DNA from: Candidatus Micrarchaeota archaeon
GTDB taxonomy: Archaea; Micrarchaeota; Micrarchaeia; Micrarchaeales; CABMGC01
Direction of reading: 5' to 3'
Assembly: GCA_046536795.1 (NCBI GenBank)
Contig: JAWDMB010000001.1
Coordinates: forward strand, 10,449 to 74,448
Length of the DNA: 64,000 nt
In this document: positions 7,944-17,420 of the stretch, piece after piece
Layout: each line of letters begins with the position of its first letter
Numbering within the stretch: position 1 is the first letter of the stretch
Notes under the pieces: generated by a model
What the model saw: the letters and a program-made list of their open reading frames with translations, nothing else
Told to the model about the DNA's origin: nothing
The model's database searches: none
Made by a program: the position numbers and the translations under genes

Positions 7944-10799
7944 ATGGGTAGAGCTTTTGAAACGAAACTTAATATTCTATTAAGCGAAATTCTCAATGAA
8001 AAATTAAAATTGCAAAGTGATGCTGAAACTAGAAGGGGCAGCGGAAGACGGCCAGATATATTGATTGATATAAGTGGAGTTAAAATTGTTATTGAAGCTT
8101 CATACTCACGAAACGATGCAGAAGCAGATGTTAATAAAAAAATAGAAGAAGGTTATGGTGATATAGGGGTAGCCCTTTATTATAAGGAACCGATTTCAGA
8201 TGCTGCTTCCGAACCCGAAATCAAAAACATATTAACTAATTCTAAATTTGAAATCAAAATTATTGCAAAACAAGATCTTTCCGAACTTAACAAAAAAAGG
8301 AGCATTCCTCTAACAGAATGGTCTGAAGTAGACATAGGAGAGCTTTCTTCTATATTAATAAATATCAAAGATTTTTTAGTTAATGAAACTTATACAACAG
8401 AAGCCATAAATGAGATCGAGATTAAGACCAACGATTTTGTCGAGAGGATGAAAACCTTAGACAAAGACAAATTTATGGCACAAAAACTTTATGATGTTTT
8501 TTACAAACTTCAAGGTCTCTACTATGGGGATTACAAAGAGATAGCGGAGCTGGTTTATGCCCAGTCTTTTCTTGCACTATTACTCTCTACGATGTTTTAT
8601 AACTCGATACAATCAACAAAAGGGCTAGACAGTTTAAACAAACTAAAATCGAATCTAGGGATAAAAGGGGCCCTACAAAAAGCTTATGAAGAAATACAAA
8701 ATAAAGTAGATTATAAACCAATATTTATATTAGCACAAGAAGTAATCGAGAATATCCCTTCAGAATTGCTTGATGTTATCTTCGAGCTAAGTATGAAATA
8801 TTCTAATACTTCACTTCTTAAGAAAGACTTTTCAGGAAAGTTATACCATAAGATAGTCGGAGACTGGCAAACCAGAAAAGGTTTTGCAACATATTTTACC
8901 ACAATACCCGCCTCTTATTTGTTATCCTATCTTACCGTATTTTCTGAATTTTCACCTGTCTCCAATGTAGAGGAGCTATCTGTCTGTGATTTTACTTGTG
9001 GTAGCGGGACACTTCTAAACGCTATTTATGCGGCTTTAAAAGACAAATATATTTTAGAAAACTTTGAAAAAGGAGAAGTGGATTTGGAGAAATTTCACAA
9101 AAATTTGTTAGAAAATAATTTATGGGGGTTTGATGCATTAAGGTACGCTGTACAAATAGCTTCACTAAACCTGGTATTCCAGAACCCCAATGTACCTCTG
9201 GAAACTATGAATCTACATACGATACCGTTGGGCCTAGATAAAAATGGGGAAATCGTTTTGGGTTCATTAAAGTTTTTATATAACGATAAATTGTTTCCTT
9301 ATTTTGATGACTACTTAGGAGAAGAAGTGTCTATCCTCGAAAAGCATAGACAGAATCCCACCCTTCCAAAATTTGATTTAATTATTATGAATCCCCCATT
9401 TACAAGGGCTACAGGAAGGCATGGGAAAAAAGGGGAACTATTTGGATTTATTGCTGACAAAGAGATACGCGCTGAGGTTAAAAAAGAATATAAAAAAGCA
9501 AGAGATTACGTTAAAAAGGCGTTACTTAAAACAGCAGACAAATACTTTAAAATTATTGAAGGAGACAGACAAACATATAGTGGGATAGGTCCTGCTGGTG
9601 AAGGCTTACTTTTTATGTATCTAGCTTCGCAGCATCTAAAAGACGGAGGGAGGATCGCGTTTGTCTTACCTAAGTCTATCCTTAGTGGCGTTAGTTGGTT
9701 TCTTATGCGAGCTTATCTTCTGGAAAGATTTCACATCGAATATATAGTAGTAAGTTATGACAAAAGAAAACAAGACGAAGGGGGAGGATACAATTTTTCA
9801 GAATCAACAAACCTGAGCGAAGTACTTATAGTTGCACAGAAGAAAAAGGAAAACGACTCAAAAACCAAATTTATTGCTTTACTAAAAAAACCAGATACTT
9901 CGTTTGAAGCCAAACGGTTGGCGAAATTAATTATAAAAAGTCAGTCATCAACTGACCTTAGCCCATTTTACGGAGTAATGCAAATTGTTTCTAAAAGTGA
10001 GTTAGAGGAGAACATAGATAACTGGATAAGATTTGTTGCTTTTCCAAGTCGGCAGTTAAATGATTTTGTTCGTTACTCAGCGAAGGGAATTATTGCAGGA
10101 CATAAGTTTGAAACGGTAAAGTTGCAAAAACTTGCACAAATAGGCATAGATGCACATCAATTTCGAGATTACTTTAAAGAAACTAATTTATCGGATGGCT
10201 ATCCTGCAGTTATAAGTGGTAAAGAAGAAAATAGGCGAAGACTAATAGTTAAGCCCAATGCAAAAATTATTGCTATAGAAGCCAAAGGAATAGAGCTTTT
10301 CAAGCAAATGTCAAGTAATCTTTTGATTCCGGATAGGATAAGGGTAAATACTGTACATTATTTAGCATTATATTCTGAAGAACCAGTAATGTCTAATTTA
10401 TTTTATTCTGTAAAGTTTATTAAAGAGACAGATGAGCAAAAATATAAAGCCCTTTGTTTGTGGTTGAATAGCGTGTGGGGCATGCTTACTATTTTATCTA
10501 ATAGAGAAGAAACAGAAGGAGGTTGGATAAGACTTAAAGAGGCACACTGGAGAGCACTACCAGTATTAGACGTTTCAAAACTCGATAATAGAACATTGGC
10601 AGAGCTAAGCAAAATATTTGACAAACATAGCAAAAATAGACTGAATAGGCTTACTGCGCAGTTTGACCCAAAGAATTTAGATCAAGCAAGAAAGACGCTT
10701 GATTTAGATTTCGCTGAAGCGATTGGTATAAAAATAACAGAAGAAGAACTAATAGAAGTATATAAAATTATACACGCCGCTTTTTCGGCATGGTTATAA
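7944..10799 (+). CDS. single-chain restriction-modification enzyme (Type IIG/IIL-like): N-terminal PD-(D/E)xK-like nuclease + gamma-class N6-adenine methyltransferase + C-terminal specificity region
   Basis: N-terminus RRPDILIDISGVKIVIEASYS. MTase motif I VCDFTCGSGTLL (~8985-9017), motif IV IIMNPPFTRATG (NPPF at 9389-9400), LKDGGRIAFVLPKSIL. About 350 aa follow the catalytic core. GAGGT lies 9 nt upstream of the ATG. AAA/GAA/TTA codon bias differs from neighbours. Confidence 0.75.
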   Translation: MGRAFETKLNILLSEILNEKLKLQSDAETRRGSGRRPDILIDISGVKIVIEASYSRNDAEADVNKKIEEGYGDIGVALYYKEPISDAASEPEIKNILTNSKFEIKIIAKQDLSELNKKRSIPLTEWSEVDIGELSSILINIKDFLVNETYTTEAINEIEIKTNDFVERMKTLDKDKFMAQKLYDVFYKLQGLYYGDYKEIAELVYAQSFLALLLSTMFYNSIQSTKGLDSLNKLKSNLGIKGALQKAYEEIQNKVDYKPIFILAQEVIENIPSELLDVIFELSMKYSNTSLLKKDFSGKLYHKIVGDWQTRKGFATYFTTIPASYLLSYLTVFSEFSPVSNVEELSVCDFTCGSGTLLNAIYAALKDKYILENFEKGEVDLEKFHKNLLENNLWGFDALRYAVQIASLNLVFQNPNVPLETMNLHTIPLGLDKNGEIVLGSLKFLYNDKLFPYFDDYLGEEVSILEKHRQNPTLPKFDLIIMNPPFTRATGRHGKKGELFGFIADKEIRAEVKKEYKKARDYVKKALLKTADKYFKIIEGDRQTYSGIGPAGEGLLFMYLASQHLKDGGRIAFVLPKSILSGVSWFLMRAYLLERFHIEYIVVSYDKRKQDEGGGYNFSESTNLSEVLIVAQKKKENDSKTKFIALLKKPDTSFEAKRLAKLIIKSQSSTDLSPFYGVMQIVSKSELEENIDNWIRFVAFPSRQLNDFVRYSAKGIIAGHKFETVKLQKLAQIGIDAHQFRDYFKETNLSDGYPAVISGKEENRRRLIVKPNAKIIAIEAKGIELFKQMSSNLLIPDRIRVNTVHYLALYSEEPVMSNLFYSVKFIKETDEQKYKALCLWLNSVWGMLTILSNREETEGGWIRLKEAHWRALPVLDVSKLDNRTLAELSKIFDKHSKNRLNRLTAQFDPKNLDQARKTLDLDFAEAIGIKITEEELIEVYKIIHAAFSAWL

Positions 10800-11019
10800 A
10801 ATAAATGTTTATATAAACTACAGTCAGAGAAAACAAAAATTCAAGCTTAAGAAGCTCAATGTTGAAGGCTTCGATGCTGAGCTATACTTTGATGTAAAAG
10901 ACATGCAAAACCTTAAGCTTGGGGAAGTCATTAATCTTATAGACAAGCTGCAAGCAAACGATAAAAAGATAGAAGCTTCATTTAGATATAATATTAAATA
11001 AACACCACGCTATATTTTA

Positions 11020-11928
11020 TCACTTCTTTTTAAATACTATATATTCGTCTTTTTTATGGGTTGGTTTGGCCTTTGCATTTAATATTATTACTTCTGCCCC
11101 ATCCTCTTTATAATCGGCTGCATATTCATTTATCTTGTTACCTCCAAGAAGACCTATATCTAAAATTATTATAGCCACTCCTTTATAGTGCAACAGTTTA
11201 TAATAATCTCTTATTTCTTTGAGTCCTTTGTTAAGCGTACCCTCATTATTAGCATATTTGAGCTCTAAAACGTATTGATCATCAACTGTTATATCTCCCC
11301 TGTTGTGTTGACTTCTCACATCTTTTATGTTCATACCAGGAAACTTAGCATGTAGAGAGGTCAGTAAAATGTTTCCAAAGTCGTCTTCACCAGATATCTC
11401 AAGTGATTTAATGTGTTCTCTAAATTCATTATCGATATAATTCATAACTATATTAAAATTATTTAAGTTCGTACCGGCTTTGGATGTGTTTTGAGCGTTA
11501 ACTTCATTTGTTTCAGTTTTTGTTTCAGATTTTTTGCTGCCTTCATTATGAGATATGCTATTAGACGGTGGCTCTTGTATCGCCTGTTGGGCTATTCTGC
11601 TTTCTGTAGATTCAGGATAAGGTGGTACATCTATGCGATGCTCTTGAACAAATTTTAATATAAACTTGCTAGGTACCTCATTCACTATAAAATCTTCGTA
11701 TGCGTCGCGATCAAGTGGACGCTTTTCTTTATCACCAGTTATGGGATCAACAGTGTAAGGTTTTGGGCTACTACCATACTCATCACATAATTGCTTTATT
11801 TGAGAAAATGTTAATATAGAAGCTACTGCCTCTTTCCAAGATTTTATTTCTTGAGATCTTTGATAGTTTTCTTTGGCAGTTTCTATTATCTTTTTAGTAC
11901 CTTCTTTTATAGAATCTAGTATTCCCAT
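11020..11928 (-). CDS. hypothetical protein with C-terminal PD-(D/E)xK nuclease-like domain
   Basis: C-terminal third has GEDDFGNILLTSL..RGDITVDDQYVLELKYANN..GVAIIILD (D..ExK core). Polar low-complexity linker. Same AAA-rich codon bias as the RM gene. Confidence 0.55.
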   Translation of the reverse strand: MGILDSIKEGTKKIIETAKENYQRSQEIKSWKEAVASILTFSQIKQLCDEYGSSPKPYTVDPITGDKEKRPLDRDAYEDFIVNEVPSKFILKFVQEHRIDVPPYPESTESRIAQQAIQEPPSNSISHNEGSKKSETKTETNEVNAQNTSKAGTNLNNFNIVMNYIDNEFREHIKSLEISGEDDFGNILLTSLHAKFPGMNIKDVRSQHNRGDITVDDQYVLELKYANNEGTLNKGLKEIRDYYKLLHYKGVAIIILDIGLLGGNKINEYAADYKEDGAEVIILNAKAKPTHKKDEYIVFKKK

Positions 11929-12059
11929 GATTTAATAAAGAATTATAAATTTTAAAAACCTTTCATAGGCTAACTATACGGCCATGATATTAAGTTTTGC
12001 TTTTTTATTCAGTGAAAAAGGAGAAGAGGTGAGAAAGCTGGAGTGGGGAAGTGCCTTCT

Positions 12060-12953
12060 CTACCTCTTTGTTCCTTCTAGCATAAGTTCCTTTGGATCAA
12101 TTCCTTTCATCAATTCTTCGTTTAGCAAATGCAATTCAGCGATATGCTGGTTTAGTGCTCTTATCCTTGCAATATTCTTAACCTTTGAAATTGTATTTGA
12201 ATTTATCATTGCAAGCTGCGTATTTAATTGATCGATTTTCTTGTTGTTCTCCTTGACCATATCCCTTATATAACTCTTAATCACAGTGGGTGAATTAGCG
12301 TATTCCAATACCTTTACCCCTGTCATAACGGCAAGGTAATTGTCTTTTAGCTTCCTGCCAAGTCCAACGATAAGGTTCGTTATAGCATTAGCATAATCCA
12401 TTAATTCATCGGTTGAGAAGGCTTTTTCAACAAGGAGCGGTATTATATGCACTTCATAATCCCATGAATTGCCGAGCTTGTCCCTTACATTTAGTATGTT
12501 GTCCATCAATATTGTTAGTTCGTTTATGCCTTCTACCTTGCTCATCCAGCTCTGCAATACAAGAACATTGTACGCTTCCTTCTTTCCTTCTCCAAACCTG
12601 CGTTTGTAATCATTAAGCAGCATGTTTGCAATCCTTGCCTTTGCATTCTCTGCACTCTTGTCTGCATTCGCCTTTTCCTCTTCCTTCAGTGCATTGTAAT
12701 GCATAACCAGGTCATTTACACTGTTTGATTCATTTATGAGCTCATAAACTGCTTTTTCTGCAGCACTTATGCTACCAAGCCTTTTATTATAGCTAAGCAT
12801 TAGCATACCTGTGAGCTCTGCATACCTCTTGTATTCACTCTTATTCTTAGACTTCTTCATAATAAGCTCGAAAAGCATGCTACTGCTTAACTGCTTATTC
12901 TTTTCTTGCATATAATCAAGCTCATCTATAGCCATATTAATCAGCATAAACAA
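12060..12953 (-). CDS. hypothetical all-alpha protein
   Basis: Long ORF with host-like (AAG/CTT/AGC) codon usage and no recognisable motifs. Confidence 0.5.
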   Translation of the reverse strand: MFMLINMAIDELDYMQEKNKQLSSSMLFELIMKKSKNKSEYKRYAELTGMLMLSYNKRLGSISAAEKAVYELINESNSVNDLVMHYNALKEEEKANADKSAENAKARIANMLLNDYKRRFGEGKKEAYNVLVLQSWMSKVEGINELTILMDNILNVRDKLGNSWDYEVHIIPLLVEKAFSTDELMDYANAITNLIVGLGRKLKDNYLAVMTGVKVLEYANSPTVIKSYIRDMVKENNKKIDQLNTQLAMINSNTISKVKNIARIRALNQHIAELHLLNEELMKGIDPKELMLEGTKR

Positions 12954-13039
12954 TCTGCCATGTATTGCGGCCTGTCTTTATTAGCTTTATAGGTCTATTC
13001 TCATCGTTCTTCGCTTGCGGATTATGCCTTCTAAGCTTG

Positions 13040-13408
13040 TCAAAAAACATCAGCCCACCTCTTATACATTACATAATGGCTCTCAAGATACCTACTTCTT
13101 AATGCATTCCTCTTTATAAACCTTTCTAATGCCTCGCTCTCATCCTTCTTAGCTGTTACAACATAGCCTGCTGAGCCGCTTGTTATTTGAACTTCTACAA
13201 CACCATTAAGGCCAAGAAGCTCATCAGCTATTTCCTTTGCGTTTGTATTAGGCTGCGGTTCGATAAAATAAAGGCCGTACTTGCCTGTCTTTATTGTCTT
13301 TACTCCCATTGATTTCTTCATAACCCCACCAGTGCTATAAGCATGAATGGCGATGGTGGTTGGATCTTTGGGGAGCATGAAAGAGTCGGGCGAATTATAA
13401 TTATGCAT
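13040..13408 (-). CDS. stand-alone RAM (Lrp/AsnC ligand-binding) domain protein
   Basis: GLYFIEPQPNTNAKEIADELLGLNGVVEVQITSGSAGYVVTAKKDESEALERFIKRN matches the beta-alpha-beta-beta-alpha-beta RAM pattern. The true start may be an internal Met (MKKSMGV). Confidence 0.55.
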   Translation of the reverse strand: MHNYNSPDSFMLPKDPTTIAIHAYSTGGVMKKSMGVKTIKTGKYGLYFIEPQPNTNAKEIADELLGLNGVVEVQITSGSAGYVVTAKKDESEALERFIKRNALRSRYLESHYVMYKRWADVF

Positions 13409-13525
13409 ATTTTCCCACCATCACCACGAGTAAATAATTTATTCTAAATAATATAAATATTTATTGGAATAATTTTACTAATGTTTGAGGATTTGTATTG
13501 AAACTTAGGTAATTAATTTTATATT

Positions 13526-14557
13526 TTGGGAATTATTATGCCTGCATCACTCGAAAAGCAAGAATACATAAAGAATGAATTGCCCTATGAGCTGCTAAAA
13601 GCACTTTATAATAACTCTAGATTATCGTTAAGAGACCTTGCCAAACAACATGGAGTATCGCACCATGTTGTAAGCTCTTTGCTAAAAAGATTGGAAAAGG
13701 ATTATGGCATAGTATATACATTAGACCTTGACGAGAACAAATTGGGCTTTGCAAATGGAAAGATTGTTACAATAAAATTCAAGAACAAGCCAGATATAGA
13801 GATAATAAAGGAAAAACTCATAAATGATCCTTTTGTACAAGACCTTTACCTAGCAGACGGTGACTTTGACCTTATTATGTATGTATCTGGCATAACAGAA
13901 GAAGAATTCATGCCTTGGCAGTGGCTTTTAAGACAGTACTTTAATAAGTATACACCCTTAGTTAGGATTTCTACGTTGACAAAAAAATACGCTGGCTTTA
14001 TGCCACTTAGAAACAAAGCAATAATGAATTCACCAAACCTATCTGAATTTGAGAAAAAAGTACTTACTATTCTGAACGAAAATTCAAGAGAAAAGATATC
14101 AGAGATAGCAAAAAAGGTTAAGGTAAAAGATCTAGACAAGGTTATCTATGTTATCAAAAAGCTAAAGGAAAGAGGTATAATAAAGAGGTTTACAGCAATA
14201 ACGACCAAACCAGGCAAGAGCATTATACAGGCCTTTGGTGCTACAATAAACCCAAGTAATAACCACCTTAACTACGTGATAAATTTTTATAACGAAGTAG
14301 TCAAAGAAGAGAAACACCAATTTGCAAGCGATTATATATTAATTATAGACACTTTAGGGTATTTTGATGGATTTTATATTGCAAGCTTCAGCCGAGGCGA
14401 AGATGCAGAAAAAAGAGGAGCAGAGATGTATAGAAAGATATTTGCAGATGAAATACTCTTGCTAGAGAAAGCAATAATAACAGATACATTGGTAGGCTAC
14501 TTACCCCTGCATATAGATTCTTTTGAAGTCTGGAAAAAAGAACTAAAATTAGAATAG
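13526..14557 (+). CDS. tandem-duplicated Lrp/AsnC-type transcriptional regulator (two HTH+RAM units)
   Basis: ELLKALYNNSRLSLRDLAKQHGVSHHVVSSLLKRLEKDYGI, and a second copy FEKKVLTILNENSREKISEIAKKVKV..VIYVIKKLKERGII. Each is followed by a RAM-like segment. Confidence 0.7.
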   Translation: MGIIMPASLEKQEYIKNELPYELLKALYNNSRLSLRDLAKQHGVSHHVVSSLLKRLEKDYGIVYTLDLDENKLGFANGKIVTIKFKNKPDIEIIKEKLINDPFVQDLYLADGDFDLIMYVSGITEEEFMPWQWLLRQYFNKYTPLVRISTLTKKYAGFMPLRNKAIMNSPNLSEFEKKVLTILNENSREKISEIAKKVKVKDLDKVIYVIKKLKERGIIKRFTAITTKPGKSIIQAFGATINPSNNHLNYVINFYNEVVKEEKHQFASDYILIIDTLGYFDGFYIASFSRGEDAEKRGAEMYRKIFADEILLLEKAIITDTLVGYLPLHIDSFEVWKKELKLE

Positions 14558-14891
14558 GTATGCACTTAGCCCCAGTAGTTTGCCTTTTACTTCACCGTGG
14601 TAATCATCACGTAGTATTGAAGTACTTCCTGAAATTTTTATGCGTGGGCAATTAGTGGTTTTATCAGTAAGAACAATTATTTTTGAATTTTTGGCATTAT
14701 AAATCTTCATTAGCACCACTTTTTTGTAATTTGTATGATTTCCAAAAACTTAAAAAGGTTTAGATTTCTTGCGTGTAAAAAGATAAAAGTTGCTAGACAT
14801 TTTGCTGCTTAGTAGTTTTTGCAATGCCAAACAAGTGAAAAAGTAGCTAACAAAAATAAAGAAAAGAATATATACCCAGGAGGATATAAAA

Positions 14892-15560
14892 ATGAAGGTG
14901 CTTGAGATGGAGTCAGAAAAAGATAGCAAAAATAGTGTTACAGACTTAAAAAATGTTGCAAGAAGGAATTCAGGAGGTGCTGAAGGCCCAAATACACAAA
15001 CCCAAGGAAACAATGCTCAGAAACAAATATTATACAAAGACAATACAATGACTATTGTAAGAGAGAAGGCAAAGATAAATGGAAGTGATTTCGAATTTTT
15101 GAAAATCGAAGAGAATGATGCGGTTGTTGTTCTAGCAGTGGTTGATGATCACATAATCCTAGAAAAGCAGTATAGGCCTGCAATAGGCAAATACATTTAT
15201 GAGCTTCCTGCTGGGCATATAGAAATAGAAGAGAATGAAAGCCCCATAAATGCTGCGATTAGAGAGATGCAAGAGGAGACAGGCTACACGCCAAAGAAAG
15301 TTTCATTCCTATTTAAAGGCTATCCAATGCCTGGAACAAATACAGCGATGGTTTATTTCTATCTTGCGGAAGACCTTTCTGAGGGCGAAGCCAATCCTGA
15401 AGCTGACGAAGATATAAGCGTTGTAAAGGTAAGCTTAGAAGACGCTATGAAGATGATACGCTCTGGAGAAATTATAGATTTGAAAACGATAACAGGCATT
15501 CTTTACTATTATTATATTTTCAAAAATGCGAATAGACGGCAGGCAAAGGAAGTTATATAA
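14892..15560 (+). CDS. NUDIX hydrolase (ADP-ribose pyrophosphatase-like)
   Basis: Nudix box GHIEIEENESPINAAIREMQEETGY, preceded by LEKQYRPAIGKYIYELPAG. The polar N-terminal ~50 aa may not be translated (alternative Met MTIVREK). Confidence 0.8.
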   Translation: MKVLEMESEKDSKNSVTDLKNVARRNSGGAEGPNTQTQGNNAQKQILYKDNTMTIVREKAKINGSDFEFLKIEENDAVVVLAVVDDHIILEKQYRPAIGKYIYELPAGHIEIEENESPINAAIREMQEETGYTPKKVSFLFKGYPMPGTNTAMVYFYLAEDLSEGEANPEADEDISVVKVSLEDAMKMIRSGEIIDLKTITGILYYYYIFKNANRRQAKEVI

Positions 15561-15595
15561 ATTTATACTGTTTATAATATGGTTTTGGGGGGGAT

Positions 15596-16180
15596 ATGGC
15601 AAAGAAATTTATTATTGCTGTCGATGTAGACGGTGTTCTTGCGGATAGCATAAAACAGATGTTAAGGATTATTGAAGAAGAGACAGGAGTAAAGAAGACA
15701 GAGGAGGAGATTAAGCACTATGATTTATCAGACATTGGCCTACCCCGGGAATATATAATGTATGCTTTTAGAAAGGCGTGGATGGAATATGAGAAGATTA
15801 AGCTTGTTGATCCAAATATTCCATACATTTTGAAGAAGCTTCATGAACAGGCAATAATCTATATTGTTACAAGTTCAATTGGAGCTGACAATGAAATAAT
15901 AGGCTGGCTAGAAATGAACAATATAGTTTATGACAAGCTTGTACATGTAAAAAAGGATAACGAGAAGCTTAGTGTTGAAGCGGATGTATTCATTGAAGAT
16001 AATCCATATTTGGCTATTGAGCTTGATAAGGTAGGGAAATCTGTAATAGTGCTTCAGCGGCCTTGGAATGGAGTGCTTCAGGAGCCTTGGATTAAGTTTA
16101 AAAACAATGGCATAACATTTGCAGTGAACTGGAGTGAACTGTTTGGCATACTTAATGAAAAACTGGTTGGCTCTAGCTAA
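15596..16180 (+). CDS. HAD-superfamily 5'(3')-deoxyribonucleotidase-like (NT5C family) phosphatase
   Basis: Motif I IIAVDVDGVLADS. Late motif VFIEDNPYLA. Size ~190 aa. Confidence 0.65.
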   Translation: MAKKFIIAVDVDGVLADSIKQMLRIIEEETGVKKTEEEIKHYDLSDIGLPREYIMYAFRKAWMEYEKIKLVDPNIPYILKKLHEQAIIYIVTSSIGADNEIIGWLEMNNIVYDKLVHVKKDNEKLSVEADVFIEDNPYLAIELDKVGKSVIVLQRPWNGVLQEPWIKFKNNGITFAVNWSELFGILNEKLVGSS

Positions 16181-16201
16181 TTTAACCTTATTTGAAAAAG
16201 C

Positions 16202-17341
16202 ATGCATAACGAATATATAGTATTTGTTGACCACAGGTTTAGCAAGATTGTAGAGAGGGAACTTGCCTCTTTGCCAAATTGCACCATCGAAGCCTATAAG
16301 GTTAGAAACAACCGCAAGCTCAATACCTTATTCTTTAAGGTATTAGCCAATAATAGCATAGATTTCGAAAAAGTTAGCAAAGCTTCAGCCTTTATTGATT
16401 TTGTCATAGGTGTTGACTTTACCCTGCAGATTAATACTCTCGACTATCAAAAGATAGAAGAAGCGATTGCAAAAATAATCAATGACTCGAACGCAAAAAC
16501 ATTCAAAATAGAGGTTAAGAAAATAGACTTCTCTTCAAATGAAACGGCAAAATCAATAGAGGTAAGGCTAGGAAGAGAGCTTGAGAAGCGGGGCTATATC
16601 GCAGATCTTAATAATCCAGAGCTTATAATTTACTGCCTGCTTCTTCGCAACGCTGTAATACTTGGTCAACCCATTGCAGGCTCAAAAAGAATTGTTCTAG
16701 ACCTTTTCAGGCAGGCCAACAAAGAAAAGGAGGATTTTGTAAATAGGGCAGAATATAAGCTCAAAGAAGCTGTAGAAGCTTTTGGTATAGATTTAAGCAT
16801 GCATAAAATCGCTCTTGATATAGGCGCAGCACCAGGCGGCTGGAGCCATTATCTATTGCAGCACGGAGTGAAGGTTGTTGCTGTGGATAATGCACTATTA
16901 GATTACAAAAAATTTATAGGCAAAAAGATGCTCGTTATTACAAATGAGAAGGAAAAGCTTGGACTTGATAAGATAGAAAATGTCTCAATCAAAGAATTTG
17001 GAGAAGAAATAGAGATAGGTGCATATGACTTAATACATATCAAAACAAATGTGCTGAATGAGCAGATAGCAAGATTGCTTAATAAGCTTGGCAAGTTTGA
17101 TATGCTTACTATAGATACAAATACAGCACCATTAGAGAGCGCCTCAATCGCTAATAAGCTTGCAGGCTTCTTAACCAATAACGCAGTATTAGTGATGACA
17201 ATAAAGCTAATAAGCAAAGCGTTCAGCAAGCATATATCTGAAGCAGTTGACGAGCTTTCTAAAAATTATGGCTTTGCTAAAGTAAAGAAGCTTCCACACA
17301 ACAGGCAGGAGGTTACACTTTTTGCTACTAAAAAAGCCTAG
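16202..17341 (+). CDS. THUMP-like domain + FtsJ/RlmM-type RNA 2'-O-ribose methyltransferase
   Basis: SAM motif ALDIGAAPGGWSHYLLQHG (the RlmM/FtsJ signature DxGAAPGGW), with an N-terminal ~170 aa THUMP-like region. Confidence 0.65.
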   Translation: MHNEYIVFVDHRFSKIVERELASLPNCTIEAYKVRNNRKLNTLFFKVLANNSIDFEKVSKASAFIDFVIGVDFTLQINTLDYQKIEEAIAKIINDSNAKTFKIEVKKIDFSSNETAKSIEVRLGRELEKRGYIADLNNPELIIYCLLLRNAVILGQPIAGSKRIVLDLFRQANKEKEDFVNRAEYKLKEAVEAFGIDLSMHKIALDIGAAPGGWSHYLLQHGVKVVAVDNALLDYKKFIGKKMLVITNEKEKLGLDKIENVSIKEFGEEIEIGAYDLIHIKTNVLNEQIARLLNKLGKFDMLTIDTNTAPLESASIANKLAGFLTNNAVLVMTIKLISKAFSKHISEAVDELSKNYGFAKVKKLPHNRQEVTLFATKKA

Positions 17342-17420
17342 CATTTATTGCTTTGCTCTTTCAACAAAATATAATTTATTAATTTAATCTGCAAATATTA
17401 ATTTAATCTATAGTGGTTTT

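Noticed and set aside
14546-14712. 53-codon minus-strand ORF (MKIYNAKNSKIIVLTDKTTNCPRIKISGSTSILRDDYHGEVKGKLLGLSAYLF) in the spacer after the tandem Lrp gene.
   Set aside because: It is too short, has no recognisable motif, and overlaps the end of the Lrp gene. It cannot be distinguished from a chance ORF without conservation or expression data.
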